Part shown: piece by piece, positions 24,705-38,792 of the stretch
How positions within the stretch are numbered: the stretch's first letter is position 1
Layout of the letters: each line of letters opens with the position of its first letter
NCBI GenBank assembly: GCA_028023455.1
Contig: JAQFVV010000002.1
Location: 18,228,001-18,292,000, forward strand
From: Epiperipatus broadwayi
Lineage: Eukaryota; Animalia; Onychophora
Reading direction: 5' to 3'
DNA: 64,000 bases
Notes under the pieces: generated by a model
The model's database searches: none
What the model was told of the DNA's origin: nothing
Seen by the model: only the letters and a program-made list of their open reading frames with translations
Position numbers and translations under genes: made by a program

Positions 24705-26099
24705 GTAAGTACCAAAAGTTTAAAGTATCTTGTGTTTGGAAAGAAGAGTATTCAGTATATATAACGTTCCATCTGTAAAGCGCATGTGCCGTGGTTTAAG
24801 CTATGTTATAATTTATAATAATATGTAAAAGATACTTAAAAAAATAAAAAAAACATAAATAGATTTCAAATTTGTTAATAACAAGCAGGGAAGAACTCCA
24901 TTCCATAATGTTCTGATGCTGATGTGCGAAGCATGTGGTGTCCTTAGGATTAAAAAATATACACCTTTACCCCGCTTAGCGGTTGGCTACTTAGCGATAT
25001 TTCACAATAGCGATCATCATCAATTTGTACCCACTACTTTGATTTACAATCGATTATTCACAATAACGATCGGGGGGAAAAAAAATTTAAAATTTTTTTT
25101 GGCAGCCTTCTTGAATTTTGCGTCACTGATGACATCAGAGAATAGGTATTTTAAATTTATTTTACCCAAAAGCAAAAGTACATTACTATAATACAATGAC
25201 TTTTCTGTAATTGTATAGCACATACAATATTTTATTCATAAAATACAATGTTAGTGCTGCATTCAGTATTTTGATTATAAAACGTATAAACTTGAAATAT
25301 ATATAATTACAGAATCTATAATACTGTATACATATAAGTGTTGAATGTCTTTAGAAAAATTAAACTTTATTTAAATATAATGTACAGTACTTGGATTATT
25401 TAAATAAAGTTTAATTTTTCTAGACATTCAACACTTATATTAGATGATGAAAACAGTACAACTAAAATACCATCATCACAAACTTTCAGGAAAACACTAA
25501 ATACTAATATTAAATTGCGTGTGTGTGTTCCTTCATTACGTACACCCAAGTGGTTTCAAATCAAAAGAAAAACAACATTTAAAATGAGAATGTTGAATTA
25601 GAAAAAAATTTAAAAAGAAAAACAGATTGCATTTAAAATAAGTGTTAATGAATAATCTTTCTACATGAACGGGGAGGGGGGTGACACTATTACATTAATA
25701 AAAATATACAGTAAGAAAAATAAACTTAGCGTATGTTTTAGAAAATTAGAACAGTTAGATTTTTTTCTTTTAAAATAAGTTGAATTTTTTTTTTCTAAAG
25801 TTGACTGATTTACGATATGCATTAAGCCTTTTGTTACTCTGGAGTACAGTAATAAGTCTTTATGTTCAATTAAATAATTTATAATTAAACATTGTTTTTT
25901 AATTTGAATAATTTCACATAAGTAATAAACATAAATGTACAGTACTGTAATACAAATTTTAAAAAAATGCACTTCAGTATGGATTTTTTTTCATTACGAT
26001 GAAAAACTTCTGCGGAAGAATATAAAAACTCTTAAATTCAAATTTAGTTTCACTTTCTCTTTCTTTTTGCTGTACTGTACTTTTTAAACAGTGAAAATA

Positions 26100-26340
26100 T
26101 GCATTTTTTTCCTAGTGATATAAAACGTTTCTTTTAGATACCGTATTTAGTCATCATTGCCATGAAAAAATCAAAAAAATCTTTGAGCTTGGAAACCAAT
26201 GTGGATATTTTACGTAGACTGGAACCGACCAATTTTTTTTCCATAGACCCCCATTATAAATACGTATTCTGTATATGATATTCTTGCTTAACGATGAGTT
26301 TTGGAGCGGGTAAAGTTGTATATATGAAGAATATATGTGT
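26100..26340 (+). mobile_element. Tigger/pogo deletion derivative
   Basis: 26162-26224 encodes MKKSKKSLSLETNVDILRRLE (CENP-B/psq HTH start), followed directly by a Tigger-like 3' subterminal sequence. Confidence 0.55.
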
Positions 26341-29300
26341 AATCTTATCTTCTAGATTATAATCAGAAGATTTATGGCAGATGTCTAATAAAAATATTTA
26401 TCTAATAGTTGTTTAAAATGATTTAGATAAAACTAAATTAATATTTAGTATAAATATACATGCAATGTCGAAAAAAATATAATTTATCTTTCATTTTTTC
26501 ATTGATGCAAATTTTTTTTTTAATTGGTGTGTTAATGTGTTTAGTTTTTAAATTAAATTTTATTATAAGTATCTATATTTGATGAATTTAATTTTCAATT
26601 CCACACAATATTTTTTCAGTAAAGACACTAATGATCATAAATAATTAATAGCTGAATATTTGAAGTAAATGTAGTGATAAAAACCCTTTTTAGAGATGTA
26701 ACGCTTGTATTTTTAAATGTATATTTATATAGGAATTGATATTTTTCATAATTTCAAGGGTTTATGTAAAAGCTTGGAATCGGATTGCTGAAAATAAGGG
26801 GGGGGGGGGATACTATCATTATTTATTACTTTTAATTTTAAAAAAGGATATTCTGTTTGTTGTTTTTTTATTGAGAGAGGAAAAAAATAGAATCATTTAT
26901 CAAAAAAAAGACTTGTGCTCCTAACTGACACCTCTAGAATATCAGCAATATTGTCCAATGCACATATTATGATATGTAATAGAGTGGTTTTTGAAAGGGG
27001 AACTTCCAAAACTGTATCAAAATTGGATTTATATATGCTTTGCTATTTATATCTGTTAGTATGTAGAGAAATGCATACAAATGGGCATATCATAAATATC
27101 TACTATTACAAGTTCATTTTTGCTATTTTAAACTTTAAACTTGTTTCTCATGATAAGAAAACATGAAATGTTACGCGTGAATTAGTTGAAGTCAGATATA
27201 ATAGATTAAATGGATTACCTTTATTACATATTAATGCCAGATAAGATTATTAGTGATTTACATCTATAATTCAGATATTTAATATTTAACAATTTTACTT
27301 AGTTTTATTCTAAGCAAAGTTGTCCATTGTTTTCCTTTTTAAAGCATAATTATATATCGATCTTCTCTAATTTTATCTTTCTTATTGCCTTGCCAAATCC
27401 GTATAATAGTGGGTTATAATTACATGAAGCAATGTAAAAGCAATAAAGAAAATAAATGATATTACTATTATATATCCATCTTTTACGTTTTTTTTTTAAA
27501 ATTCGAATTGTAAATAAATATTCCTCTAGAATAAAGTTGGTTATACACATGTATAAATGTATGTATTTGAAAATTTATAAATATTTATTGGCTCCCTATC
27601 TTAGAAATTTTTTTTATTAATGACTATTGTCATACGGGTTAGTAGATTGAATATTCTATCTTAATTTTCACTTTATAGATTCAATGTTTTCCAAAGTGCA
27701 GGTGTTCAATTTTTATTGCCACCCCCTCCCCCACCCCCCACTTTTTTTTTTCAAATCTTTTCTTAGATATGAGTATCAAGGTTCCCTGGTGAATATGTTG
27801 CAATATGTTGATAATGTCAGGCTTTTTTTCCCCACTTTCTTTTGACTGTTTGGCGGTAATTGAAAACATCTGGACCTTCTCCAGTTATCATACTTCCTCA
27901 ACAAATGCTCTAATTAATGACATTAATTCACATTTGCAGTAAAAATGAGAAGTATAGATCAGTTTCTAGAATAGTCACAGAGTTTAATTTTGAATCATCA
28001 GATCATATCGATAAATATAAACTTTTTCTCAAGTTTTTATAACTCAAAATTAAGCACTTTTTTTTTTTACACTTAGTTACTATTTATAGACAATTATAAA
28101 AATAGAATAAAAACATAAAAACATTTTTGTTTAAACGAAGATTTTCACGACCTCAGATAATCTGGGTTCATCCGTGTTACAATTAACATTTTTATGTGAA
28201 GATAAATATGAAGGAAATATAACAAAGACTTATAACTAATATTAATTTTAAATATTATTTTAGTTTATGACAGTTACAAATACCCAGTATGGTTTTATGC
28301 AAAGATAAATGGCGGACTTGGAAATAAAGGTTCATGGATCTCGACACTTCTGGTTCTCAACTACTATAAGATAGAACTCCAAAACAATAAACGCACGAAA
28401 TAAGGTAACTTTTGAAAAGGGTATTGATTACAATATTGAGGTATTATACTTCAAATTGTTAAATGACGCCAAGGACCATGACAAGAGGACATGCCAGCCA
28501 TGGCTAACCGATCGGACTTGGAACCAGATCAAACTAGGGCCATGCCTTGCCTAGTGTAGTGCTTACCTTACATAATAAATAAATCGATATATTAGTAATT
28601 AGAAATTATAACAGCCCAAAGAGCACTAATATATCATGATGATAAATCCTAGGAAATGAAGGTAGTTAAGCCTGAACAAATTAATAAAAGATTAGGAATA
28701 GATAGAAGGGAAAGTGACTGCTCTACAAGTGGTATGCCATGCAAACCAAGAAATAAGCATATATACCTATAAAGCCATTCATAACAGAACTGGGAGAGCT
28801 TTAATGGTGAAATAGACTTCTACAATTGGACAATCCAAACACCTTCTCATTTATAACAGTACTGGGAATGCTCAAATGGTGAAATAGACTTGTACAATTA
28901 GACAATCCAAGGACAATATTCCCACTGCAACTGAAGCGGTTGCCTTGTTTCTTTCAAGCTATGGCCCCAAATAATAATGAGACACGAATAGAAGTGTTCT
29001 GAAAGTGTAACATTGCTGTTAATATAACAACATTTTTGTCTCCAAATAACTAATGGAGAAATGGACATGTATAATTGGACAGTTTTGTGAACAATAATTT
29101 CAGCATAAGAAGTTGGGTTTATGAGTGTAAGTCTGGAAGGGCAGGTGAATTTTGTGTCACTGCACTTCTGGAACTATTAATATCCCACTCACCTATCCAT
29201 ACATTTATACTTGAATGTTCAAAATCATATGCATTGAATCAAGTGTATGGGTGCAGATGCGCTTGACAGCACCGACACTCCCTAAATTTCTTTGTAATGA

Positions 29301-31660
29301 TTCTTGTTGATTGCATTGTAAAACTTATGCCTCTTGAATCATCTTGAGGCACAAATAAAGGCATTTGAAAGTAAAACAATAAACGATTGTTTTTTTTTTC
29401 CGGTTACAAATAATAAAGGCATGGTGAACCAGTTGGAAAAAAAACAACCAATAGTGTGTGTGTGCACGCGCGCAAACTTAGAGGCATCTATATAATAATT
29501 AACTCCATATTCTTATTAAGAGTTTTAAAATAAAATAGTTCAGCTCCTAGTGCTGTTAGGAAAGTGAATTTACTCAAATCTTGAACCTTTTTTACTCTTA
29601 AATTTTTTTAAATAAACATAAAAGTGTATGTGAAATTTGAAAGCCAATAAACTTTACTTTTACATCCTTCAGTTATTCTGGAAATTTTTTAGTATTAAAA
29701 TAATGCAACAGTTTCATTAGGTTAATCAAATTTTAATTTTTACTTCGAACTGGATTCTTTCCAGAAACCACTATATGAGTCAAAACACTAGAATATACTA
29801 AACCTTACTACCAGAAAACTAATATACTCACTTGAAAAACGTGATATTAATGTTTCACCTCTAATGTCTTAAACTAATCCCTCATCAAAGTAAGAATATT
29901 GTTTTTTTAAAAAAAGATAAACTTAATCCACAGAAAAAATAGATTATTATAATACTTGTATAATACTAATATCATTTATGTTCTTTATTTCTTTTTACAA
30001 TGCTTTTTACAACCCACTATTGATAGTTTTGATTGCTCCATCTTCAGAACTTCTACTTATAAAGCACAAATTCAATTATAATATATCATACATGTTAATA
30101 AGATTATCAAAAGAAATGCATGTGAAATGGATGATTTAATACATGCACACTTAGGTTTCATGACACTTAAGAGTGGACTATATAATTGCATTTAGGTTTT
30201 AAAAGTTAAGATGGTCATTTTTATTTCTTCAATCTTTATCTCATGCTGGAATGAGAATATCCTCATATTTAACATCATTGATTTAATATCATGTATAGTG
30301 CTAATGAGAAAAGTTTATTATCTTCTAAATAGAATTACAATCTGACACTGCACTAGTAAAATTTATTGACTGTTAAAGAATATGTTTGTAAATCATATAG
30401 TTATATATATATTTTGTAAGAGCTGTTTTTTTTTAAAAAAAGAAAATTATCGAGAAAAAAACTAATTTATGTGAAACTGATGGATATTTCGAGATTAAGT
30501 ATAGATATTAGTTATACTTTTTTAATAATAAAATTTGTTACAATGAAATTTTTTGATAAATTACTTAAAATTTCAATAGAAAGTAAAATTATTTGTTATT
30601 ATGCATAACAATATTCAAAATTTGTTAGAATTTTATATAAGAAATTGCATATAAATTTGTTTGTACCAATATATAATATAAACAAATGTGGGTATAAATT
30701 ACCCAGGTATTTATAATTTATTAATATTATTAAATAAATATTTGAAAACAAATTATTACATAATTTATTATTTAATTTGTTATAAATGTCTACTTTCTTC
30801 TTTCTAAACCTAGGTTTCCACAGATAAACTTCATCGATATTAACAACATTTTCTTTTTACAATTAAACCTTTTTTCTGTATCATATATTGATATTCTTTA
30901 CATTATTTATTCCAAATGTCAACTTGCAAATGATAGATATTCTAAAAATTAATATTTAAACTTTATAACATAGGAAAATAAATTAGTAAATAAAATTCTT
31001 AACTACAAGAATGTATTTTGTATATAGCATATAATTTTGTTTACTCGAAAATTTGTAAAATAAAATATTTAATATTGAATTCCATTTTCAAAATTCAAAA
31101 GAAATTTAGATTAGATATTGTTGAAGAAAGCAAATATGTTTTAAAATTTATAATTAAATTTATTATTATAAAAATTTTAAAACAAATTTCTCTACTGGTG
31201 TTTGATAATACCATGTTTTGTTAGTCATTAAGAACTGTTTTAGCTTTTCTGTAAAGAACTTTTTACGACTTGTTTCTTTAAAAATAAATATTTTCAAATA
31301 AACTGTAATTGTAATCATGTAGGTTTTTGATTAATATTTTACAAAAATACTGCATAAATAATCTTAAATGTGTAAACAATTTACTGAAATTTTTTTTTTT
31401 TCTGAAAAGAAATATTGATAAATTGTCTTCAAGCCAAACAATCAATCCACCAATGAGAATTTCTAGCTTCTATTGAGATAAAATAATATAGGTGTGGCTT
31501 CTTTCATATACAAATTATATACTCCTAAAGAGCCATACAATATTGATATCTTCAGATTTTTTAAATGATTTCTACAGGGGGGGGTGACTATATACAGTAA
31601 TATAGCATTACACATGGCAGCAAAATAATAAAGATGACTGTGGCCCCAATGTAATGTCCA

Positions 31661-31920
31661 AATATTTACTAAGGCTGTAAACCTCAAGAATATGCATGTG
31701 AAAATGTGAAGGTAGGCACCTCTACAGGTCTTAACCACAAGTTTATGCTTTGGAAGAAAAGAGGGGAACCCTTCTTTACTTCAACCTACCTTCTATATGA
31801 ATAGATGAAGCTGAAGCAGTTAGATCTAAGAGCATGAAACTATTCAATAAGACCTGTAGAGGTCCCTACCTTCGCATTTTCATGTGCATATTCTTGAGGT
31901 TTACAGCCTGAGTAAATATT
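31661..31920. mobile_element. Family J inverted pair with a degenerate HHR in the spacer
   Basis: Arms 31661-31733 and 31848-31920; CUGAAGC at 31811, GAAA-CUAU-UC at 31836-31845. Confidence 0.55.
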
Positions 31921-32581
31921 ACTTACGTAATCAATGTGCCAATGTGCGTTTAAATAAATTTATAATGTCCAAAACAAGTTAAAATAAGTAATTGGGTAGC
32001 CACTCAAACACAACACATTGAGTAATTATTACAAAATTAAATTATATACATGCTCTAAGTTTTTGAAAATAATTAGTTGATAAAAATTAATGTTAAATAT
32101 AAGATGCAATATTTAATTGATATTACATTGGTTATTATAATTTAAAACACATATTATCAAGCAGATATAATGAGAAAGTTTTACATTTTGTTTGCAATGT
32201 TTTGTTATCTTTTTTTCAGATAATGTGTAAGTGAAGAAGGAAATTTGATAGTTTTATTGCAGTTGGCTTTTTATAAGTATGTTTTTTCTAAGTGTTGCAA
32301 AATTATATGAAGTCAATAAAATATTTTGTATCAATAATGTTAAAAATATTTATTCCTGCTTTTTTTATTTCTAGATATTTTAAATAAAAATATACTAATA
32401 AATAATATATCTAAAGACCACAATTATAAAAAAATAAATTAGTCACTTTATTTAAAAACAAGTCTGTTAAATAAAATATTTTAAATAATTTACCAATATG
32501 AAGTATTTTTTAAAATGTATTTTCTAATTATGTTTTTAACATTTAATTTTCATTTCAGCACAATAAAAGTTCAATTTATCT

Positions 32582-32720
32582 TTTCAACATGTGTGTGATC
32601 AGGTGGGTCAGCAATATGAGATGGCACTGAGTGGTGGGTCGTGTGAAAGTCTTAGTTCGAACCCCGCATATATTACATATATAAATGCAGTTTTAAGCCT
32701 GTACAATGCATTAATTTAAA
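32582..32720 (+). mobile_element. Family B 3' fragment with tRNA-like A/B boxes
   Basis: gatggcactgagtgg...gtgaaagtcttagttcgaacccc; reverse complement of 38445-38530. Confidence 0.65.
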
Positions 32721-33446
32721 TAATAGTATTCTTCCATGATTGGCTCACCAATAAGTATATTCAAAATTTTTAATTGATTTCTGAAATTATTTAAAATACA
32801 GAAAAAATTTGTATTTTTTTTTAAGTTTCATTTCAACTTATAACTGATACTTTTAATGATACATTCAAATTTCTGATATTTTATTATTTTTTAATAAAAC
32901 TATAAATTATTTTCTTCTTTTCTGAGCTAACACAATAAACAACTGTTAATGAACACATATGCCGAAATCGTAGATTGAAAAAAAAAATTCTACCTTTTCT
33001 GGATAACAATTATTTATTTTTTAATTAACACATGTGAACTAAAAAATAAAAAATTAGAATTTTTTTTTATATAAATAATTTTTAATTCAATATATTTTTA
33101 AATGATGAATAACTGAAATCATGGTTGAGGAGAGGGCCTACCATATGTGTATTCAAATTTAATAAAAAATGTTATTTAGCATTTTTACTTCCATCCATGT
33201 GTCAAGCATTCAGATAAATCAATATATATATATATATGTGTGTATGTGTGTTTTTCTCAAATGTAGTGAAAAAAGAATACCTACTATGCATCCATTTTAC
33301 ATGTTAACTAACAGAATATTCAATTTCTATTTTAATTTGAGTATAAGTCTTAATAATGTTTTGGTACTTGTGTATAATTCAACCGATGACGTTTTTCACT
33401 TACCGAATTCCCTTCCGGTAGGCATCGACGTTTTTTGCATGACAAC

Positions 33447-33460
33447 GTTGTCATGGTAAC
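33447..33460. promoter_or_regulatory. RFX X-box-like motif in a CpG-richer patch
   Basis: gttgtcatggtaac; overlaps 16-bp palindrome atgacaacgttgtcat; minus-strand G|GTAAGT donor at ~33403. Confidence 0.35.
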
Positions 33461-33584
33461 CAAGTGACTGGCGTGATTAATCCATCAGAGAGTCAATTTT
33501 TTTTTTTTGCACCCGCAAGATTTAAAATTCGGAGAGAGGTTTGGGAAATTTTTTTATTTTTCTGTCTATCGTTATTTGCGTTTA

Positions 33585-33673
33585 TGATGGGTGAAGCTCC
33601 AACAACCTGCCCAACCTTATTTAATTTGCCAAGTACGGAGGAAGAAGCGATCAGATATTTTAGAAGGAATTAA
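33585..33673 (+). pseudogene. Possible Merlin/IS1595-like transposase N-terminus, truncated
   Basis: MMGEAPTTCPTLFNLPSTEEEAIRYFRR resembles recalled ISXO2-family N-termini; short, no catalytic domain. Confidence 0.35.
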
Positions 33674-33719
33674 TAAATAGTTTAGGGTAAAAATAATTAT
33701 TAATAATTATATTTGCTAT

Positions 33720-36170
33720 TTGAGTTTTCTTGTAAACCAAGATGGCAGCTCATATTTTTGATAAATCTATAGCTTCGCCCCCCCCCCCCCAACCATGTTT
33801 ATAAAAATGCCTGCTAGGAAACAGCGTATTTAATATTTACATTTTACTGTTTATTATTACTGTTATTTTAAAAAAAGAAATCGTAGAAAAAATTAATTAC
33901 AATATTTACACATTATTTTTTTGTTTTGTTTGTATTAACTTATTAACAGAAAAGTGAATTAAAATGTTGATGGTGTGCAATCCTTAATGACCTCCAAAAT
34001 TGTATAACATTTTCAAGTCAAATCTGTAATTTTTATTCCAATTGTTGACGGTATTTTTAAAAAATTAAATTTTCTGAAATAAACATATAATTCAGAATGT
34101 TAAGTCACTGTGAAGCCTTTCTTGAATTATTTTTCCAGTCTCGCTACATAATTTATTTATATTGTAATTCTTTTTTTTAAAAAATTCTGGTTCAAATGTG
34201 GTACTTGTGAATTTTGAATGTAAAGTTTCATATCATGACCATTAATGCATACTTTTTAAGATGGCAGGATGCTGTAGGGGTGTCCAACAAGTTGATCGTG
34301 ATCCACTGGTCGATTGCAAAGCCAATTTTGGTCAATTGCGAGGCCAATCTGGCAAGAACTGTCGGATAACAAGTGAAACAAATTAAGTGAAGATTTTTTA
34401 AGTTTTTTTGTTATTTTAGTTTTTGTTCTTTTTTTTTTTTCAATTCTAGATAGGTGAAGTCCACTAAGGCATATCATTGTTGAAAATAATATTTTTAATC
34501 TTGACTTAATGTAGCTAATTTGAATTAATAAATATTGTTAATAATTACTCCTGTTGCTTTAATTCCCCCGGACATGAGTTTTCTGGCCCGTTAAATAATT
34601 GTTATTTTTTACTAGGTAGATATATAAAAATAGTATGTATTTCACACCTCCCTTCACTTAGACTATGCCTATGACAACAAGTCGATCGCAATACATTTTT
34701 AAAATAAAAAGTAGATCTTATGAACACAAAAGTTGGCCACCCCTGCTGTACTCCATGTGTCAGAAAAGTCCCAAATTTTGATCATGATGACAATTTAGTC
34801 AAAAAAATGCTGACAAAAAGAAACACGCTGAATTTAAGCAAAATACGACAATGCTAAAAGTATCTAATCACTTCCACATTCTAATGTACTGTATTTTATC
34901 AGAGTACAAATAGCGTTGGCAATTTAAAAGTTGAATTGATAAATTCCTAACGAAAAATATATTTATATAAATATATTTGATCTATTCATTTAAACAACAT
35001 GAGTGTATATGTTTTTTTTTTATGGGTTTTAATGAAATTAAAAAGTGAGAATGAATGTGGAAAGTATAATAAAAATCAAAGAGAAACTTACTTTGTATTT
35101 GTTAAATTTAAAATAAACCATTATCGCAAGGTGTAATTAAAGATGGCGATCAAGAAAAGAAAAAGAAGACTTACATTGGCAGGTGTCAATAGGAGTTGCG
35201 CAGAAAGAAAAAAAATAAATGGGACAAAAGGAATAACAGTGGGTGCAGAGCCATCTCCTACTAGATTTTAACCACAAAAACTTAAAGATCACCGGAATAC
35301 TGGACCGCAGATTCGTACTAAAAAAATCCATGCATGGTCAACATTAGAAATCCTGCATGTTAACATTCAAACTTACCGGTAAGTAACTTTATTAAATCAA
35401 CAGAATTAGTGATCACTTTCTTGAACTTTTAAGCGTGATGAACTGTTGCCATGAGTCATATGAGTAAAAGAAACAAAATGTTAGCTGTAGTTTTATATTT
35501 TGATTGTCTTTTTATATTTTATTCTCTCAGTCATATTAATGTTTTTGTTTCGTATTAATAAAAATGTAACTTACGTTGTTATTAATTCTTATAGTTCTAA
35601 ATTCATTACAATTTAGACATTATTATAATTCAAATAAATTGCCAACGTTGTACTGAAACACAATCCTCCGGAGATTCCAAAATGTTGTCGTAGCTAAATA
35701 AATAAAAAAGGGATGTTTGCCAGTGAATTCTAAATATAGAATTCTGGCGCCTTTCAAATAAATTAAAAGCTGGCTTACTTTATCCCATTATTTTAGTAGC
35801 TACATTAGTTAAAAGAGTGTTGTGTGACCAGGAAAAATAATTGCGTCCATTAAATCTTACTGAATTGTATGACGAAACAAATTTATTAGATAGGATGTAA
35901 TTTGGTCACCAAGTATGAATAGTTAACTTGTTTAAAACACTAAATAACGTAGTGGACGTTACACTAATATAGCTTTGAAAAAATTGAAATGAAGCTTCTA
36001 AATGAAATTTATTGGAATTTAATACTTTTTTAAAAAATTAACAATCAATTTATTATTATTATTTTTAATTTAACAATTAGCACATCTTTGTTAGATTATA
36101 GGCCCTCAAACTGGTATATTTATCAATAATTATCAAAAATAGGTCTGCCATTTCAATTTACTCGAAAACT
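33720..36170. mobile_element. Larger family E element with nested insertion
   Basis: Left block matches 23240-23440; 34240-34275 plus 34747-34800 match 23490-23610; right inverted block at 36120-36170. Confidence 0.45.
34275..34746. mobile_element. hAT MITE nested in family E
   Basis: taggggtgtccaac / gttggccacccctg termini; ctgta on both flanks; host sequence is contiguous in the 23.5 kb copy. Confidence 0.7.
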
Positions 36171-37665
36171 CATAAGTACATTATATTTTACATATGAAAA
36201 TCATATTACCTCATACTTTCTGATAATAATTTATATTATACTGAATTATTTCGATAAATTATTTCAAATTTGTTTCCTAAAATTAAAAATATAATTTTTT
36301 TTTTTAACTGTTAGTAGAAGTAATTGGCCACATATATGTGAATATATATTTATGAGTACATGTAGTTACTAAACTATATTTGCACTTCCAAATTATGATT
36401 TATCAATGTGTTATTAAACAAACATTTGAAAACAAATTATTATATAATCTAATATTTATTTCATTAGAAAAGAAAGATCCATTCCCTTTATATAGACTTG
36501 AACTAAAAATAAAATGTCAAAAACATTTTCACAAAAGGAATATCATTAAATATATTAATAAATAATTTTATATGTCATTTTAATTGCAATTTTATTTAGA
36601 TTAATTTAAACATATTTACAAAATTCTTGTTTTAAAATATATATATATGAAAATTCACAATTGGTAAATAAATTTAAAATTAATAACTTTAAAAAATGCT
36701 TAAATTATTTATTTTTGGTTTTATTTTATGATAAATATTATATATGAGAGATAACTGGACGGAATCTTCCTCTGGTAGCCACATCTATTGTAGTATATGT
36801 TTCTACTTTTAGATAGCTCTTGAGGGGACCCTTCTGCATAAATATGCTATATGATGTCATCATGTGAAATCGTGGTCCCACATACAATTTTTTGTTGCGT
36901 TTTATATATTTGTCGATTTTTGTAATAACTGAAAAATTGGACACAATGTGAAGTTCTGTTATCTTTTAGGGAAAATAGTTGCAATGTTTGAAAAAGCTTA
37001 CAAGCAAGTTGCTCTGGAAAAATACAAGTTTATGTGTGATTTAATAGGAGTTAAATTTACTACATCCCAAAAAAGTCTGTCAAGTGAAGTCAAATTACAA
37101 GATGATGTTGATTTATTTTCTATTGGATGTAAACACTGATTGTTTTCACACATTTTGTTTGTAATGATCAGGCATTTAAAACCTACAAGTTCTGAAACTT
37201 TTGCCTGATATGGTAAAATGTAAATGTCCGGTTTTGTGGCAAAGTGCATATTTCTTCACGACAGTGCAGCTAGCACATAAATCCTGAATGTAAACAGTTT
37301 TTAATTAAATTCAACATGATCCAGCTTCAAATTTGCTTGATCTCGCTGTGACTTTTTAATCTCTCGAATAAAATATGACTCTTTTTTTTGCGGACTTGGA
37401 AGTAGTGAAGAAAAAACAATAGAGGTATTAAAACATATCACTTTACTAGTATTTCTGCACTAGTTCAAAAAGTTAAAAATATGTTTAGATGAGTGCATTG
37501 CATTAAATAGATTATACATTGAAAGCGGTTCAATTTGCACCATTTAAAAATAAATATACAATTTTTTTATTATAATATTCCAGTTATTTTGGGTCCCCCT
37601 TTATATTTTCATCATTACACTTTGTAAATGAGACATTTATTTTATATAGCGCGATGTTTATGAAT

Positions 37666-38062
37666 TGTAATAAACTAAAGATCAGCTTTTCAAGCTAATT
37701 CACATGCGCTTTATGAATCTTAATAATAAATGAATACTTTCACTTCCAACACAAGAGTCATTTACATATGTTTAGTTTCATTTAAAAATGATGTATTGTA
37801 AATTCTAGAAAATTTCGTAGGCGTCATTCATTCAGACATAGTAAACAGTAATTTAAAGTGATTGGTTTATCTTCACACTTTCATTTTCAGTGTTTAAGAT
37901 TTGCCCATACTTAAGCATTTGGGTTGAAAGAATAGGTGGATTCATTCTATTCTTTCGCAAAGACTTTATCTTGTGTTGGAAGTGAAAGTATTCATTTATT
38001 ATTAAGATTCATAAAGCACATGTGAATTAGCTTAAAAAGCTGATCTTTGGTTTATCACTACA
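37666..38062. repeat. Inverted repeat, ~95-bp arms
   Basis: 37666-37759 is the reverse complement of ~37962-38062; no canonical HHR core found. Confidence 0.75.
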
Positions 38063-38430
38063 CTTTATATAGTCTATTACCTTTAAAGAATGTATATTAT
38101 TTTATCTTTAACATCAGGCAAATGAAAACTATTGTGAAAATTGCATCTTCAACCAAATGTATGAAAAAATAATATGAACCTATGGGAATAAATTCTAGTA
38201 CACATGCTAAAAGAAAAAATATCCTAAAGAGTTCCCTTATAATTTTCTTGGGTAGAAAAACATGTGAAATTATTAATAGATTACCAGTGGATTATCAGTG
38301 TTTTATTTGTAGACAAGAATAATGAAATTTCAATTACATTATTTTAAAAAATATTTTTATTTATAAAAAAGTTAATATACAACTAAGCACGACTCAGTTG
38401 TAATAATTATCACTTGAGTTAAATTTTAAA

Positions 38431-38792
38431 AATTAATATAATATATAGGGTTTCGAACTCAGACTTTCACATGATCCTCAACTATCCAAGCCATCTCATA
38501 TTGCTGACCCACGTGATCGCACACGTTGAAAAAATAAATAATCACCAATATACGTATTTCATGCTAAAACAGCAATCATCAGTTGGTCCAGATTATCATC
38601 TCCCACACATATACAATCAGTGCTCAGCTTTATATTAAGATAGCCAATCTTCATACTTTAATGGACTGGCTTCAAACAACTCCAACCCACAACTTGTAGT
38701 TGAAAGTTATGTGAAAGTCTGAGTTCGAACTCCTATATATTATATAATATGTGCAGGTATGTGTAAGCCTGTATAGTGTATTAAAAATTAAT
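38431..38792. mobile_element. Family B element with short inverted 3' copy
   Basis: tatatagggtttcgaactcagactttcacat / atgtgaaagtctgagttcgaactcctatata; interior matches the 472-bp unit. Confidence 0.8.
38538..38596 (-). ncRNA. Type I HHR motif (family B), best-preserved copy
   Basis: AUAAUC-ugg-ACCAA-CUGAUGA-uUGCU guuuu AGCAu-GAAA-UACGUA-UA/UUGGU-GAUUAU; perfectly palindromic AUACGUAU stem III; predicted cleavage between 38549 and 38548. Confidence 0.8.

Noticed and set aside
27681-27869. piggyBac-like similarity (GEKKPDII)
   Set aside because: Too short; no TTAA ends or catalytic motifs.
28300-28410. ATGGCG start plus AAG|GTAACT donor as a first coding exon
   Set aside because: In-frame stop after 21 codons; no downstream exon could be linked.
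32220-32226. 7-nt microexon between tttttttcag and gtaagt
   Set aside because: No gene context; such matches arise by chance in AT-rich DNA.
36740-37420. Mutator-like transposase remnant on the minus strand
   Set aside because: Only vague Cys-rich similarity across several frameshifts; not supportable.
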